DNA of 63,545 bases, filler included, from Octopus bimaculoides (lineage: Eukaryota), in assembly GCF_001194135.2 (NCBI RefSeq). It is 5 parts of 5 records of this genome, joined end to end, with 100 filler letters (N's around TTAATTAATTAA, not from the genome) between each part and the next. Parts side by side here need not be neighbours in the genome. Positions count along the whole stretch, not along the records: positions 33,744 to 54,327 come from NC_069006.1; positions 54,428 to 57,751 come from NC_069003.1; positions 57,852 to 63,545 come from NC_068992.1; 2 more parts are not named here. One strand, written 5' to 3'. Within the stretch, counting starts at the first letter, position 1, and the number at the start of each line of letters is the position of its first letter. Under the pieces are notes generated by a model that was not told where the DNA came from, did no database searches, and worked only from the letters and a program-made list of their open reading frames with translations. Below are positions 52,372 through 63,255 of this stretch, piece by piece. A program made the translations under genes and the position numbers.

Positions 52372-53463
52372 NNNNNNNNNNNNNNNNNNNNNNNNNNNNN
52401 NNNNNNNNNNNNNNNNNNNNNNNNNNNNNNNNNNNNNNNNNNNNNNNNNNNNNNNNNNNNNNNNNNNNNNNNNNNNNNNNNNNNNNNNNNNNNNNNNNNN
52501 NNNNNNNNNNNNNNNNNNNNNNNNNNNNNNNNNNNNNNNNNNNNNNNNNNNNNNNNNNNNNNNNNNNNNNNNNNNNNNNNNNNNNNNNNNNNNNNNNNNN
52601 NNNNNNNNNNNNNNNNNNNNNNNNNNNNNNNNNNNNNNNNNNNNNNNNNNNNNNNNNNNNNNNNNNNNNNNNNNNNNNNNNNNNNNNNNNNNNNNNNNNN
52701 NNNNNNNNNNNNNNNNNNNNNNNNNNNNNNNNNNNNNNNNNNNNNNNNNNNNNNNNNNNNNNNNNNNNNNNNNNNNNNNNNNNNNNNNNNNNNNNNNNNN
52801 NNNNNNNNNNNNNNNNNNNNNNNNNNNNNNNNNNNNNNNNNNNNNNNNNNNNNNNNNNNNNNNNNNNNNNNNNNNNNNNNNNNNNNNNNNNNNNNNNNNN
52901 NNNNNNNNNNNNNNNNNNNNNNNNNNNNNNNNNNNNNNNNNNNNNNNNNNNNNNNNNNNNNNNNNNNNNNNNNNNNNNNNNNNNNNNNNNNNNNNNNNNN
53001 NNNNNNNNNNNNNNNNNNNNNNNNNNNNNNNNNNNNNNNNNNNNNNNNNNNNNNNNNNNNNNNNNNNNNNNNNNNNNNNNNNNNNNNNNNNNNNNTATAT
53101 ATATATATATGCATGCATACATACAAACATACAAATGTATATATATGTGTGTGTGTGTGTGTGTATGTATGTATATATATATGTATGTATGTATTATGTA
53201 TATATGTATGTAGCCAAAGGCAGATTATGTAACAGAACTTGAGAATAACTCCAAAAACCTCATCACAAAAAAACCCCCGCATATATTGGAATGCATAACA
53301 AATAATTAATTAACTGCTTTAGGAAAAAAAGAAAGCTACTTCATTAATTACTAACAAATGAAGTTCTGTTCTTTTTTCCTACAACAGCTCCCAATTAATG
53401 ACTTGTGAATGTATTTCTCATTTTGTTCAGGAGATCTTAGAATGCATACATACACATACATAT

Positions 53464-53497
<34 letters not shown>

Positions 53498-53653
53498 GTT
53501 TACATAGCTCTCTCTCTCTCACACTTTCTATATATATATATATATATCTTTATATATATGGATATAAACACACACACACATATATACAAAATTNNNNNNN
53601 NNNNNNNNNNNNNNNNNNNNNNNNNNNNNNNNNNNNNNNNNNNNNNNNNNNNN

Positions 53654-53696
<43 letters not shown>

Positions 53697-53913
53697 AAGA
53701 GAGTAAAGAGTAAAAGAGTATATATATATAGAATATATTCATATATATCTATATACAAATCTATACATATTCCTTCTTGAAAGCTGTTTATTTACACCAC
53801 AGTGATTCTAAGATTCTCACTGTATGCCTTTAAGCAACAACAACAACAAGAAAATGCATTCTAAGTGGCAGAATTTCATTGGACCCTCTGTGCATAGCAG
53901 TAGGGCCACTCAC

Positions 53914-53940
53914 CAACTTCCAATGAATAAAGAAACTCTA
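53914..53940 (-). CDS. Candidate 27-nt coding exon (phase 1-1)
   Basis: cttaatattttcag| ... ttg|gtgagt; (V)EFLYSLEV. Confidence 0.4.
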
Positions 53941-53989
53941 CTGAAAATATTAAGCACTTTAGCCCCTACATATAGACCCAACTGAATGT

Positions 53990-54105
53990 GTGTATGTGCG
54001 TGAAATAAAGTGTCTTGCTCAAGAACACAACATGCAGCCCGGTCCGGGATTCGAACTCATAACCTCGCGATCGTAAGCTCGACGCACTAATCACTGAGCC
54101 AACTG
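53990..54105 (-). mobile_element. SINE family B head
   Basis: Minus strand: ggctcagtgattagtgcgtcgagc...gagttcgaatcccggaccggg...gtgttcttgagcaagacacttta. Confidence 0.82.
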
Positions 54106-54171
54106 AAATTGCAAAGATAATCTGGAACTTGACTGAGGAAAGAAAACTCCGAATGACCTGTCCTTGTTTTC

Positions 54172-54327
54172 TTTGTATCGTCTGTCTGGATGTTTTGTTG
54201 TCCCTTTTTTGTATCATCTAACTGTCTGGATGTTTTGCGTTCTTGTCCCATTTTTGTATCATCTAACTGTCTGGATGTTTTGCGTTCTTGTCCCATTTTT
54301 GTATCATCTAACTGTCTGGATGTTTTG
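54172..54327 (+). repeat. 45-bp minisatellite, about 3.5 units, cut by the scaffold end
   Basis: Unit tttttgtatcatctaactgtctggatgttttgcgttcttgtccca. Confidence 0.92.
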
Positions 54328-54427
54328 NNNNNNNNNNNNNNNNNNNNNNNNNNNNNNNNNNNNNNNNNNNNTTAATTAATTAANNNNNNNNNNNNNNNNN
54401 NNNNNNNNNNNNNNNNNNNNNNNNNNN
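54328..54427. other. Artificial scaffold spacer
   Basis: N44-TTAATTAATTAA-N44. Confidence 0.95.
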
Positions 54428-55948
54428 TGTACATGTATTTAATGTGTCTATGTACAAATATATGTAAATATAAATATATATGGTGCGCAAATACACAGAA
54501 CTGTTTGTATGCATATGTAAAAAAAAGTCTATGCATGTATATACGCGCAGCAATCATTCCCTGCTATTTCCAGTGATTTCTACATATTTTCTTTTTTCTG
54601 TTGAGAATGAACGAAAATTAAATCATAGGTTTGCTTTTATTTTGGGAATTAGCTCTTGGAGAATATATTTTATTCATTTTAATGCCTGCCTCCATTATTA
54701 GGAATAACATACATCTGCCTACATCGATGTGCACATACAAACCAACAGGCCAAACGAAGCATGTAGAAATGCACAAAGCACATACAGTTGCATACGCATT
54801 TATTCACATAAAGACAGTAGTCTTACCTGCATACACACGCACACACACACATGCATATTTACATAGATAAAGCTTGTAGTACCAACTATATTTATGCGCT
54901 AGTGCGAAAGAAAAATAAAAACAAATGATAAAATGAATTCTAGGAGTAAATTGGAAATTGCAAGAAAAAAAAAGACAATATGAATATATGTCAGATATAT
55001 GTACTTAAATATACATGTATATGCACATGGATGCACACAAACTTGCGTTCATATTCATATTCAATCTCTCAAAGGTAGCAGCATAGAAATGTGTACACAC
55101 GTATTTCTATCCACGCATGTGTCTATTAATATAAACGCATAAGAATATAAATACATACAAAACTACATACATACATNNNNNNNNNNNNNNNNNNNNNNNN
55201 NNNNNNNNNNNNNNNNNNNNNNNNNNNNNNNNNNNNNNNNNNNNNNNNNNNNNNNNNNNNNNNNNNNNNNNNNNNNNNNNNNNNNNNNNNNNNNNNNNNN
55301 NNNNNNNNNNNNNNNNNNNNNNNNNNNNNNNNNNNNNNNNNNNNNNNNNNNNNNNNNNNNNNNNNNNNNNNNNNNNNNNNNNNNNNNNNNNNNNNNNNNN
55401 NNNNNNNNNNNNNNNNNNNNNNNNNNNNNNNNNNNNNNNNNNNNNNNNNNNNNNNNNNNNNNNNNNNNNNNNNNNNNNNNNNNNNNNNNNNNNNNNNNNN
55501 NNNNNNNNNNNNNNNNNNNNNNNNNNNNNNNNNNNNNNNNNNNNNNNNNNNNNNNNNNNNNNNNNNNNNNNNNNNNNNNNNNNNNNNNNNNNNNNNNNNN
55601 NNNNNNNNNNNNNNNNNNNNNNNNNNNNNNNNNNNNNNNNNNNNNNNNNNNNNNNNNNNNNNNNNNNNNNNNNNNNNNNNNNNNNNNNNNNNNNNNNNNN
55701 NNNNNNNNNNNNNNNNNNNNNNNNNNNNNNNNNNNNNNNNNNNNNNNNNNNNNNNNNNNNNNNNNNNNNNNNNNNNNNNNNNNNNNNNNNNNNNNNNNNN
55801 NNNNNNNNNNNNNNNNNNNNNNNNNNNNNNNNNNNNNNNNNNNNNNNNNNNNNNNNNNNNNNNNNNNNNNNNNNNNNNNNNNNNNNNNNNNNNNNNNNNN
55901 NNNNNNNNNNNNNNNNNNNNNNNNNTATATATATATATATATATTTAT

Positions 55949-56305
55949 GTACATAAAGGTTACCTTTATGAAGTATCTTCAAACCCCAAATCCTGATGGC
56001 CTATGACCTCCTTAAAATATGGCGGGGTAAATTCTGGATTATCTCCCCTTGCTAATGTCTGCACTTTAGGCGACCTCTGCTAGCGTTTTAGGAACTGCCG
56101 GAAGTCGATGGCTAACGGTAGAGGGAGATAACCCCTAGTGTTGACCGATATAGCTGATCGATGGCAACACGGCTGGACGTCGATAGCCATTATCAAAGGG
56201 ACATAATCCAGACATATGCCAACAGGTGTTGGGGTCTGAAGATACGCCATAATGTTAAACCCTTTATGGACGGGAAACCCAGGGTAACCCCATGCACCGG
56301 CTTTC
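55949..56305. mobile_element. About 360-bp rod/branched palindromic element carrying hammerhead motifs in both polarities
   Basis: 55952-56006 pairs with 56213-56270 and 56033-56058 pairs with 56188-56212; arms are homologous to 35641-35873. Confidence 0.8.
56225..56298 (+). ncRNA. Type I hammerhead ribozyme motif, core intact
   Basis: Stem I ggggt(56231-35)/acccc(56287-91), extendable to ggtgtt/atgcacc; CUGAAGA 56236-42; stem II ccataa/ttatgg; GAAA 56274-77; stem III accc-a-gggt; GUA triplet, predicted cut after 56286. Confidence 0.75.
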
Positions 56306-56315
56306 ACCAGGAACA

Positions 56316-56361
<46 letters not shown>

Positions 56362-56945
56362 CATACAAATTTGAATGAGTGAAAGTTCGTATAGTATCTC
56401 TAAAAAGGAAAGGTGTGTGAGAGTTGCGGCAGCCAATCGATGCTACCACAAAACCACAAGTTATAGGAAATATTGTTGGTATTGTCGTTGAATAATATTT
56501 CTTACTGTAACAGTACCGTCATTTCTGAGAATCATTTCAAAGAGACACAAGGTCTTTGCGTGGGTGATTCATCTTGGATCACAATGCCGTTTCCGTGCTT
56601 CTGTTGTCATATTCGCCATTTTCGCTGTAAGGCAACTGCGTTAGATACACAGAGCATATTTGACGTCTTCTTGGAATGAAGAAGACGTTTGACAGTATGT
56701 CCATTTTACTTACCTCACCGATTCGTGCAATGTTCAATTGTATGTCATGATGTGCTTTCTATTGCGTTCCAATTGAAGCAGGATTGCATCCTCGCTCCCA
56801 CGCTTCAGGTGTATGTATGTATGTACAAACACACACGTGCGCACACACCAACACACATTCAGACACGTGGACATGCAAACACATTCACACACACAGACAT
56901 ACATAGATATCTGTATCTAGCTATCTATATGTATGTATGTACGAA

Positions 56946-57024
<79 letters not shown>

Positions 57025-57359
57025 CAAGTTATTGTGCAGGGAAAGGGGCCCAGAATGCTAGCTCGAATACTTGGAAAATATTCCTTGTAATAATGCAATG
57101 TCGGTTAAAGATAAATAAATGGTCAGGTGGTGGTGTTAGAACAGAACACGTGAAGCCCCTCCCAGCTATGTAGAACATGTGTTTGTCACGATTATCACTC
57201 TCGCTGGAATGCTAGTGTTGAAGACACGGCCATGGCGACGAAAATCAGGGATTGCAACCCGAAACCTCGTGATTATGAAATGAACGTCATATTAACATAG
57301 TCACACAATACAAATGTACGCATGCGTGTACACACATCTACAAAGATTTGCTATTTTTG

Positions 57360-57560
57360 GTTCGAAGCCAGCAAGTTAGCGAGTGTGGGTAAGTCAATTA
57401 CATCGACCCAAGTTCTCAATCAACATTCATTTTTATCGACCCCGGAATGATGAAAGACATAGTGAGAAATTCAACTTCGAATGTAAAAAGCCGGAAAGAA
57501 TGCCACCGAAGCCTTTTCGCAGCGCGTGCTAAAAGCTCTGCTAGCTTGCTGGCTTGGTGT
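57360..57560 (-). mobile_element. SINE family C
   Basis: ttacatcgaccca..ttttatcgaccccggaatgatgaaag..ctgctagcttgctggctt. Confidence 0.8.
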
Positions 57561-57751
57561 AATACACACACACACACACACACACGCACAGACATACATA
57601 CACACACAAACATATATTTATATATAACTTTCCCTCGTCACAATTTTTCTTCAACTTAACTTCAGGAAGAAAGAAAGAAAGAAATACACGTGAGATATAT
57701 GAAACATCGTTTCTCTTTTATAACCTTTAATTGAGCGTTAAACTAATTATT

Positions 57752-57851
57752 NNNNNNNNNNNNNNNNNNNNNNNNNNNNNNNNNNNNNNNNNNNNTTAAT
57801 TAATTAANNNNNNNNNNNNNNNNNNNNNNNNNNNNNNNNNNNNNNNNNNNN
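57752..57851. other. Artificial scaffold spacer
   Basis: N44-TTAATTAATTAA-N44. Confidence 0.95.
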
Positions 57852-58010
57852 TATATATATATATATGTATATTTATACATACATATATGTATATATATAT
57901 ATACATATATATACATACATATATATATATATTTATACATGTATGCATACATACTTACATACAGACATGCATATAAATACACACACAGACACTCGCGTGC
58001 GCACACGCTC

Positions 58011-58052
<42 letters not shown>

Positions 58053-58224
58053 GGTTATATGGTCATATATTTGTAGCAGACATTTTATTCAGGCTGTCGA
58101 TGCTCTCCAAATAATGGTGGAACGTAATTCTTTGTATGCGGAATTGCATGTGCATGTTCTTGTAAGGGTGTATGTATACAGGGGGTGGGGGATAAGAAGT
58201 AGGCTTACAGTGGTATTGTTTATT

Positions 58225-58446
58225 CTTTCGTTCTTTTCTCTTATTTGTGTCAGTCATTTGACTACGGCCATGCTGGAGCACCGCCTTCAGTCGAGCAAAT
58301 CGATCCCCAGGACTTATCTTTTCTAAGCCTAGTACTTATTCCATCGGTCTCTTTTACCGAACCACTGAATTACAGGGACGTAAACACACCAGCATCGGTT
58401 GTCAAGCGATTGTGAGGAGACAATCACACACACACATACACACACA

Positions 58447-58517
<71 letters not shown>
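58225..58517 (-). mobile_element. SINE family A 3' half running into (CA)n(TA)n and a gap
   Basis: cagtcatttgactacggccatgctggagcaccgcc... Confidence 0.85.
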
Positions 58518-58518
<1 letters not shown>

Positions 58519-58761
58519 NNNNNNNNNNNNNNNNNNNNNNNNNNNNNNNNNNNNNNNNNNNNNNNNNNNNNNNNNNNNNNNNNNNNNNNNNNNNNNNNNN
58601 NNNNNNNNNNNNNNNNNNNNNNNNNNNNNNNNNNNNNNNNNNNNNNNNNNNNNNNNNNNNNNNNNNNNNNNNNNNNNNNNNNNNNNNNNNNNNNNNNNNN
58701 NNNNNNNNNNNNNNNNNNNNNNNNNNNNNNNNNNNNNNNNNNNNNNNNNNNNNNNNNNNNN

Positions 58762-59850
58762 CAGCAAAAATGCCATGGACGTTATGGCTGGGGAACGGGG
58801 CGGCCATTCAATACTCGCACGCCGTCCGATCCACCTCGCTGGGGACGTTTCACTGAGGAAATTACACATATGAATTGCGTAATGCGCTAGTACGTCATCC
58901 TGTTGGAATAACGCATCACCAAAGCTGGGCATAATCTGTATTGCGGGCACCACCTCCTTGCGCAAAATTCAGAGGTTGTTATCACCATTAATCCGTTCGT
59001 GCCGAAATTTTTCTAGTGGATGAAATTGCGCGTCATGTACTCGCCATGTTGCACAACTGTGGTTGTTACAAGTTATGGATCAAGCATTTGTTCAAACAGA
59101 CTACATACGCGTTAAGAACATGTTTCATTCTTTCATACAGATCATACACAAATCACAATTTGAATCAAGTATTTGTTTTATACCCTTATAAATTAAGTGT
59201 CAGTTTAAATGGACGATCGGCATGAATGGGTTAAGCGTGCTCTATGGGTTAAGCGTGCTCTCAAAAATTTCAAGCCCAAAGACTGTTGAACACGACAGAC
59301 CTGCCGAAACAGTGACACCTGGCGGATTCATCTCCGTTGTTAGTGTTAAGTGGGAGTTTTCGTCATACCAGTAAACACAATCTTGTCAACAAATTGCAGG
59401 TTTTCAGCATGACTTCTGCAAACTCCACTCGACTATCTGGATCATCCTTTGTTAAGTGTTGCAGATGCCTAGGGCGGTATGTCTAGTTTGAAGTCCAGTT
59501 TTTTTCTTGAGACGACTTAGGGACCTTCGTGAGATGCCCAACACAGCCGATGCTCGTCTGATAGACTTCTTAGGGCTATTTACAAAAGTCAATGCTACCT
59601 GCATTGAGTTTTCGTTAGTCGTAACAATTCGAGGACGTCTCGATTTTGTGGCGTTCTTTACTGAATTTGTCTCTTCGAATTTATTTCTTATTTTGTAAAT
59701 CGCCTGTCGTGAAGGCGGCATTGTGTGAAAAGTTTCCCTTCATATCTGGCACAGTGTTTCCGTATCTTCAAATTTCCAATAATTCTTTAGGATTCACTTG
59801 CTTCCCTCGTCTGTCAGCTTGCCCGCCATTATGCTTCAGTCCTGCAAAAA
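58762..59850 (-). mobile_element. Decayed Tc1/mariner rosa (DD41D) transposase
   Basis: MPPSRQAIYKIRNKFEETNSV..RRPR..SPKKSIRRAS (HTH); FQQDDVLAHYAIHMCNFLSETSPARWIGRRASIEWPPRSPAITSMAF, with 41-residue spacing after QQD. Confidence 0.85.
58992..59230. mobile_element. piggyBac-type MITE (239 bp) inserted in the rosa transposase
   Basis: TTAA at 58988-91 and 59231-34; TIRs TCCGTTCGTGCCGA and (minus strand) CCCATTCATGCCGA; removing the element restores the reading ESTL-N-GDN. Confidence 0.8.
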
Positions 59851-60376
59851 TTAAAACATACAAATGACAACCTACTTTTGCAATAAAAATATACAACTAA
59901 TAGCTTACATGTATCTATGTATGGATGCATGTATACACACACAAGGCCATCGTATATGTGTAAGTACTTCTGTATGTGTGTGTGTGTGTGAGTGTGTGTG
60001 TGTGTGAGTGTGTGTGAGTGTGTGTGTGTGTCTCAGTGTGTGTGTATGTGTGCACATGTATCTATATGTGTAATAGTTTGATTATGTCCCAGTAACCTAG
60101 CGGTTAGGCATAAATACCATATTTAAAAATGTAAGTTCTGGGGTCTATTTGTTCGAAGAAATCATTTAAGGTGGTACTCCAGCATGGTTTCGGTGTGATG
60201 ACTAAAACAATTAAAAGCATATACACGCGCGCGCGCGCGCACACACACACATACACATACGCATATATATATATTTATATGTATATATATAGACATAGCT
60301 GTGTGGGCGTTTCCTTCTCAGCCATGTTGTTCTGGGTTCAGTCCTGCGGTGGGGTATCTTGTATGAGTATGTATAA

Positions 60377-60407
<31 letters not shown>

Positions 60408-60648
60408 NNNNNNNNNNNNNNNNNNNNNNNNNNNNNNNNNNNNNNNNNNNNNNNNNNNNNNNNNNNNNNNNNNNNNNNNNNNNNNNNNNNNNNNNNNNNN
60501 NNNNNNNNNNNNNNNNNNNNNNNNNNNNNNNNNNNNNNNNNNNNNNNNNNNNNNNNNNNNNNNNNNNNNNNNNNNNNNNNNNNNNNNNNNNNNNNNNNNN
60601 NNNNNNNNNNNNNNNNNNNNNNNNNNNNNNNNNNNNNNNNNNNNNNNN

Positions 60649-60699
<51 letters not shown>

Positions 60700-60702
<3 letters not shown>

Positions 60703-60927
60703 CATGAGGTCTGCAAATCTAAAGGAGGCCTCGAAAGACATTATAAGATCCACAAAGATCAGAACTTAACTGCAGCTGTTGGTGGTCCAAACCAGATATG
60801 CAATTTATGCGGGTATTTTTTCAAAATATTGTCTGATTTAAAAAGCCACATCAGCCCCGATGATGAATCTACGGAGTACGAACAAGACGTGGTCAGGCTG
60901 TGCAGAAGGAATAGAAAACCACGATGA
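60700..60927 (+). mobile_element. C2H2 zinc-finger-bearing ORF end, probably a LINE C-terminus
   Basis: CHEVCKSKGGLERHYKIH and CNLCGYFFKILSDLKSH, then a stop and simple repeats; no TGEKP linker. Confidence 0.55.
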
Positions 60928-61179
60928 ATGTATATACGCTGTGTGCATGTGTGTGTGTGTATGTTTGTGTGTGCGTGTGTGTGTTTATCCTGTATGCATG
61001 TGTATGTGTGTATATAAACGTAAGCGTAAGTAGAACAGTGTTTCTGCTTTTATGTCAGCCGGTGTAAAGCGGTGTGTCGAGTTTTGTCCCTTTATATGAA
61101 GATATAACTTAGCGCGAAACTGTGAAGAGAAATTGAAAACCCTATATACACACCCATATATATATGTATGTGTATTTAC

Positions 61180-61271
<92 letters not shown>

Positions 61272-61289
61272 ATTATGTATATATGTATA

Positions 61290-61450
61290 TACACGACGAG
61301 CTTCTTTCAGTTTCCGTCGACCAAGTCCACTCTCAAGGCTTTGGTCGGCCCGATTCTACGGTAGAAGACACGTTTCCAAGGTGCCATGCAGGGACTGAAC
61401 CCGGAACCATGTTGTTGGAAAGCAAGCTTCTTACAACACAACCGTACCTT
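61290..61450 (-). mobile_element. SINE family A head half
   Basis: cgacgagcttctttcagtttccgtcg...caacacaaccgtacct. Confidence 0.85.
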
Positions 61451-61464
61451 CACCTATATACAAA

Positions 61465-61780
61465 CTCAGTGGTGAGGCTGACTCAGGATCATAAGATCGT
61501 GCATTCAATTCGCGGCGATGCGTTGTGTCCTTGAGTAAGACCCCTTATTTCACATTGCTCCACTCCACTCAGCTGGTAAGCATGAGTTGTACCTGTAATT
61601 CAAAGGGCCCAACCTCGTCACATTCTGTGTCACACTGAATCTCCTCGAGAACGACGTTAATGGTTATTCGTGTCTGTGGAATGCTCAGCCACTTGCACGT
61701 TGATTTCACAAGCAGGATGTTCCGTTGATCGGATCAACTGGAACACTCGTCGTCGTAATCGACGGAGTGCCAGTGCATGA
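61465..61780 (+). mobile_element. CORE-type SINE variant
   Basis: gtgtccttgagtaagaccccttatttcacattgctccactccactcagctgg core with a third type of 3' body. Confidence 0.7.
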
Positions 61781-62479
61781 AAAAAGAAAGAAAATATCTT
61801 CTACATTTCGATCTTCATTTTTTGTGGACTGCGAAGTAACACAAATCATAGCATGTTGGTCTGATGCCTAAAATATCTAATTTANNNNNNNNNNNNNNNN
61901 NNNNNNNNNNNNNNNNNNNNNNNNNNNNNNNNNNNNNNNNNNNNNNNNNNNNNNNNNNNNNNNNNNNNNNNNNNNNNNNNNNNNNNNNNNNNNNNNNNNN
62001 NNNNNNNNNNNNNNNNNNNNNNNNNNNNNNNNNNNNNNNNNNNNNNNNNNNNNNNNNNNNNNNNNNNNNNNNNNNNNNNNNNGTCTAATGAAAATTGCAA
62101 TAAAAGGTGGGTGAATATAGCAAGGATAGTACGCATGAATGATGGACCCACTTGGAGCATAAACCTAAAGAATAAAAAGACAAACGACGCTTTGCTCTCA
62201 TGGTTTTTTTCGATGTTACTGCGGTTTTTTTTTTCGTAGGTTTTTCTCCCTATGGATAACCCTAGTGTTTTATTTTCTCTCTCTTTTGGGAATTTCATTT
62301 GTTAAAACGACACTTTGTTATCCTTTGTGTCCTAAAACGTTTTCGATCCCTATTGATCAGTTTCGAAAAGAAAAATTCTGCAATGTATTGTCCCCTCTGT
62401 GTTCGCCCTGCGTGGCTTAATAAAGAAATTATATTCATAAAATGAATGTCTCTAAATATGAAGCTTTTCTTCTACAAGG

Positions 62480-62880
62480 ACAAAGCTTGAAATTTAGGGG
62501 TACATTGAACCCCGGTGCTTAACTGGTATCTATTTTATCGACTTCGGAACGAAGAAAGGTATAATTCACCTCGGTGCAATTTGAACTCAGAACGGGCAGA
62601 CTGGCAAAATGCCCCTAAGCAATTTTCCCGGCGTTCTAGCCATTCTGCTAGCTCACCGCCTTGATTTCAGAATTTTGGCACAAGGCCTGAAATATTGGGG
62701 GAGGTGTGTAGTCGATTATATCAGCCCCAGTACTCAACTGGTACTTATTTTAACGACTCCGAAAGGATGAAAGACAAAGTTGACCTCGGCAGAATTTGAA
62801 CTCAGAACATAAAGACAGACGAAATACCTCGAAGCATTTCGCCCGGCGTGCTAACGTTTCTGCCAGCTCGCCGCCTTTAA
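62480..62880 (-). mobile_element. Two tandem family C SINE copies
   Basis: Copies at about 62480-62660 and 62670-62880; the second has an intact head aaggcggcgagctggcagaaacgttagcacgccgggcg. Confidence 0.87.
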
Positions 62881-62960
62881 TACCAATAAAATATTGCCAT
62901 CTTTCATCTGTCACTCTTTCTCCCTTTCTTTCTTTCTCTCACATACACACTTTCTCTCTC

Positions 62961-62994
<34 letters not shown>

Positions 62995-63255
62995 CCCCTT
63001 TCTCTCATTCACTCTCTCTCTCTTCCTCCCTTCCTCGCTCTCTCCCTTCACTCAATTCTTGCTGAGACAATACCGACATACGTGGTCTAGACAAGACCTA
63101 ATCCTTTTCGAATGACCAATGACTAATTGCAATTCTTGGTACAGCTTTTCGATTTCTTATACATCTCGTATGGAATGGTTTCGCCAGCATACAAGAATGT
63201 ACATACATACATACATACATACATACATACATACATACATACATACATACATACA

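Noticed and set aside
51861-53282. Poly-Asp/His/Met/Ile/Ser ORFs of 360-450 aa
   Set aside because: All frames of a (GAT)n tract plus a gap; no flanking coding sequence or splice support.
62330-62375. Minus-strand CUGAUCA...GAAAACGUU resembling a hammerhead
   Set aside because: G8 is replaced, there is no convincing stem II, and stem I is only 1 bp; at best a decayed Penelope-type end.
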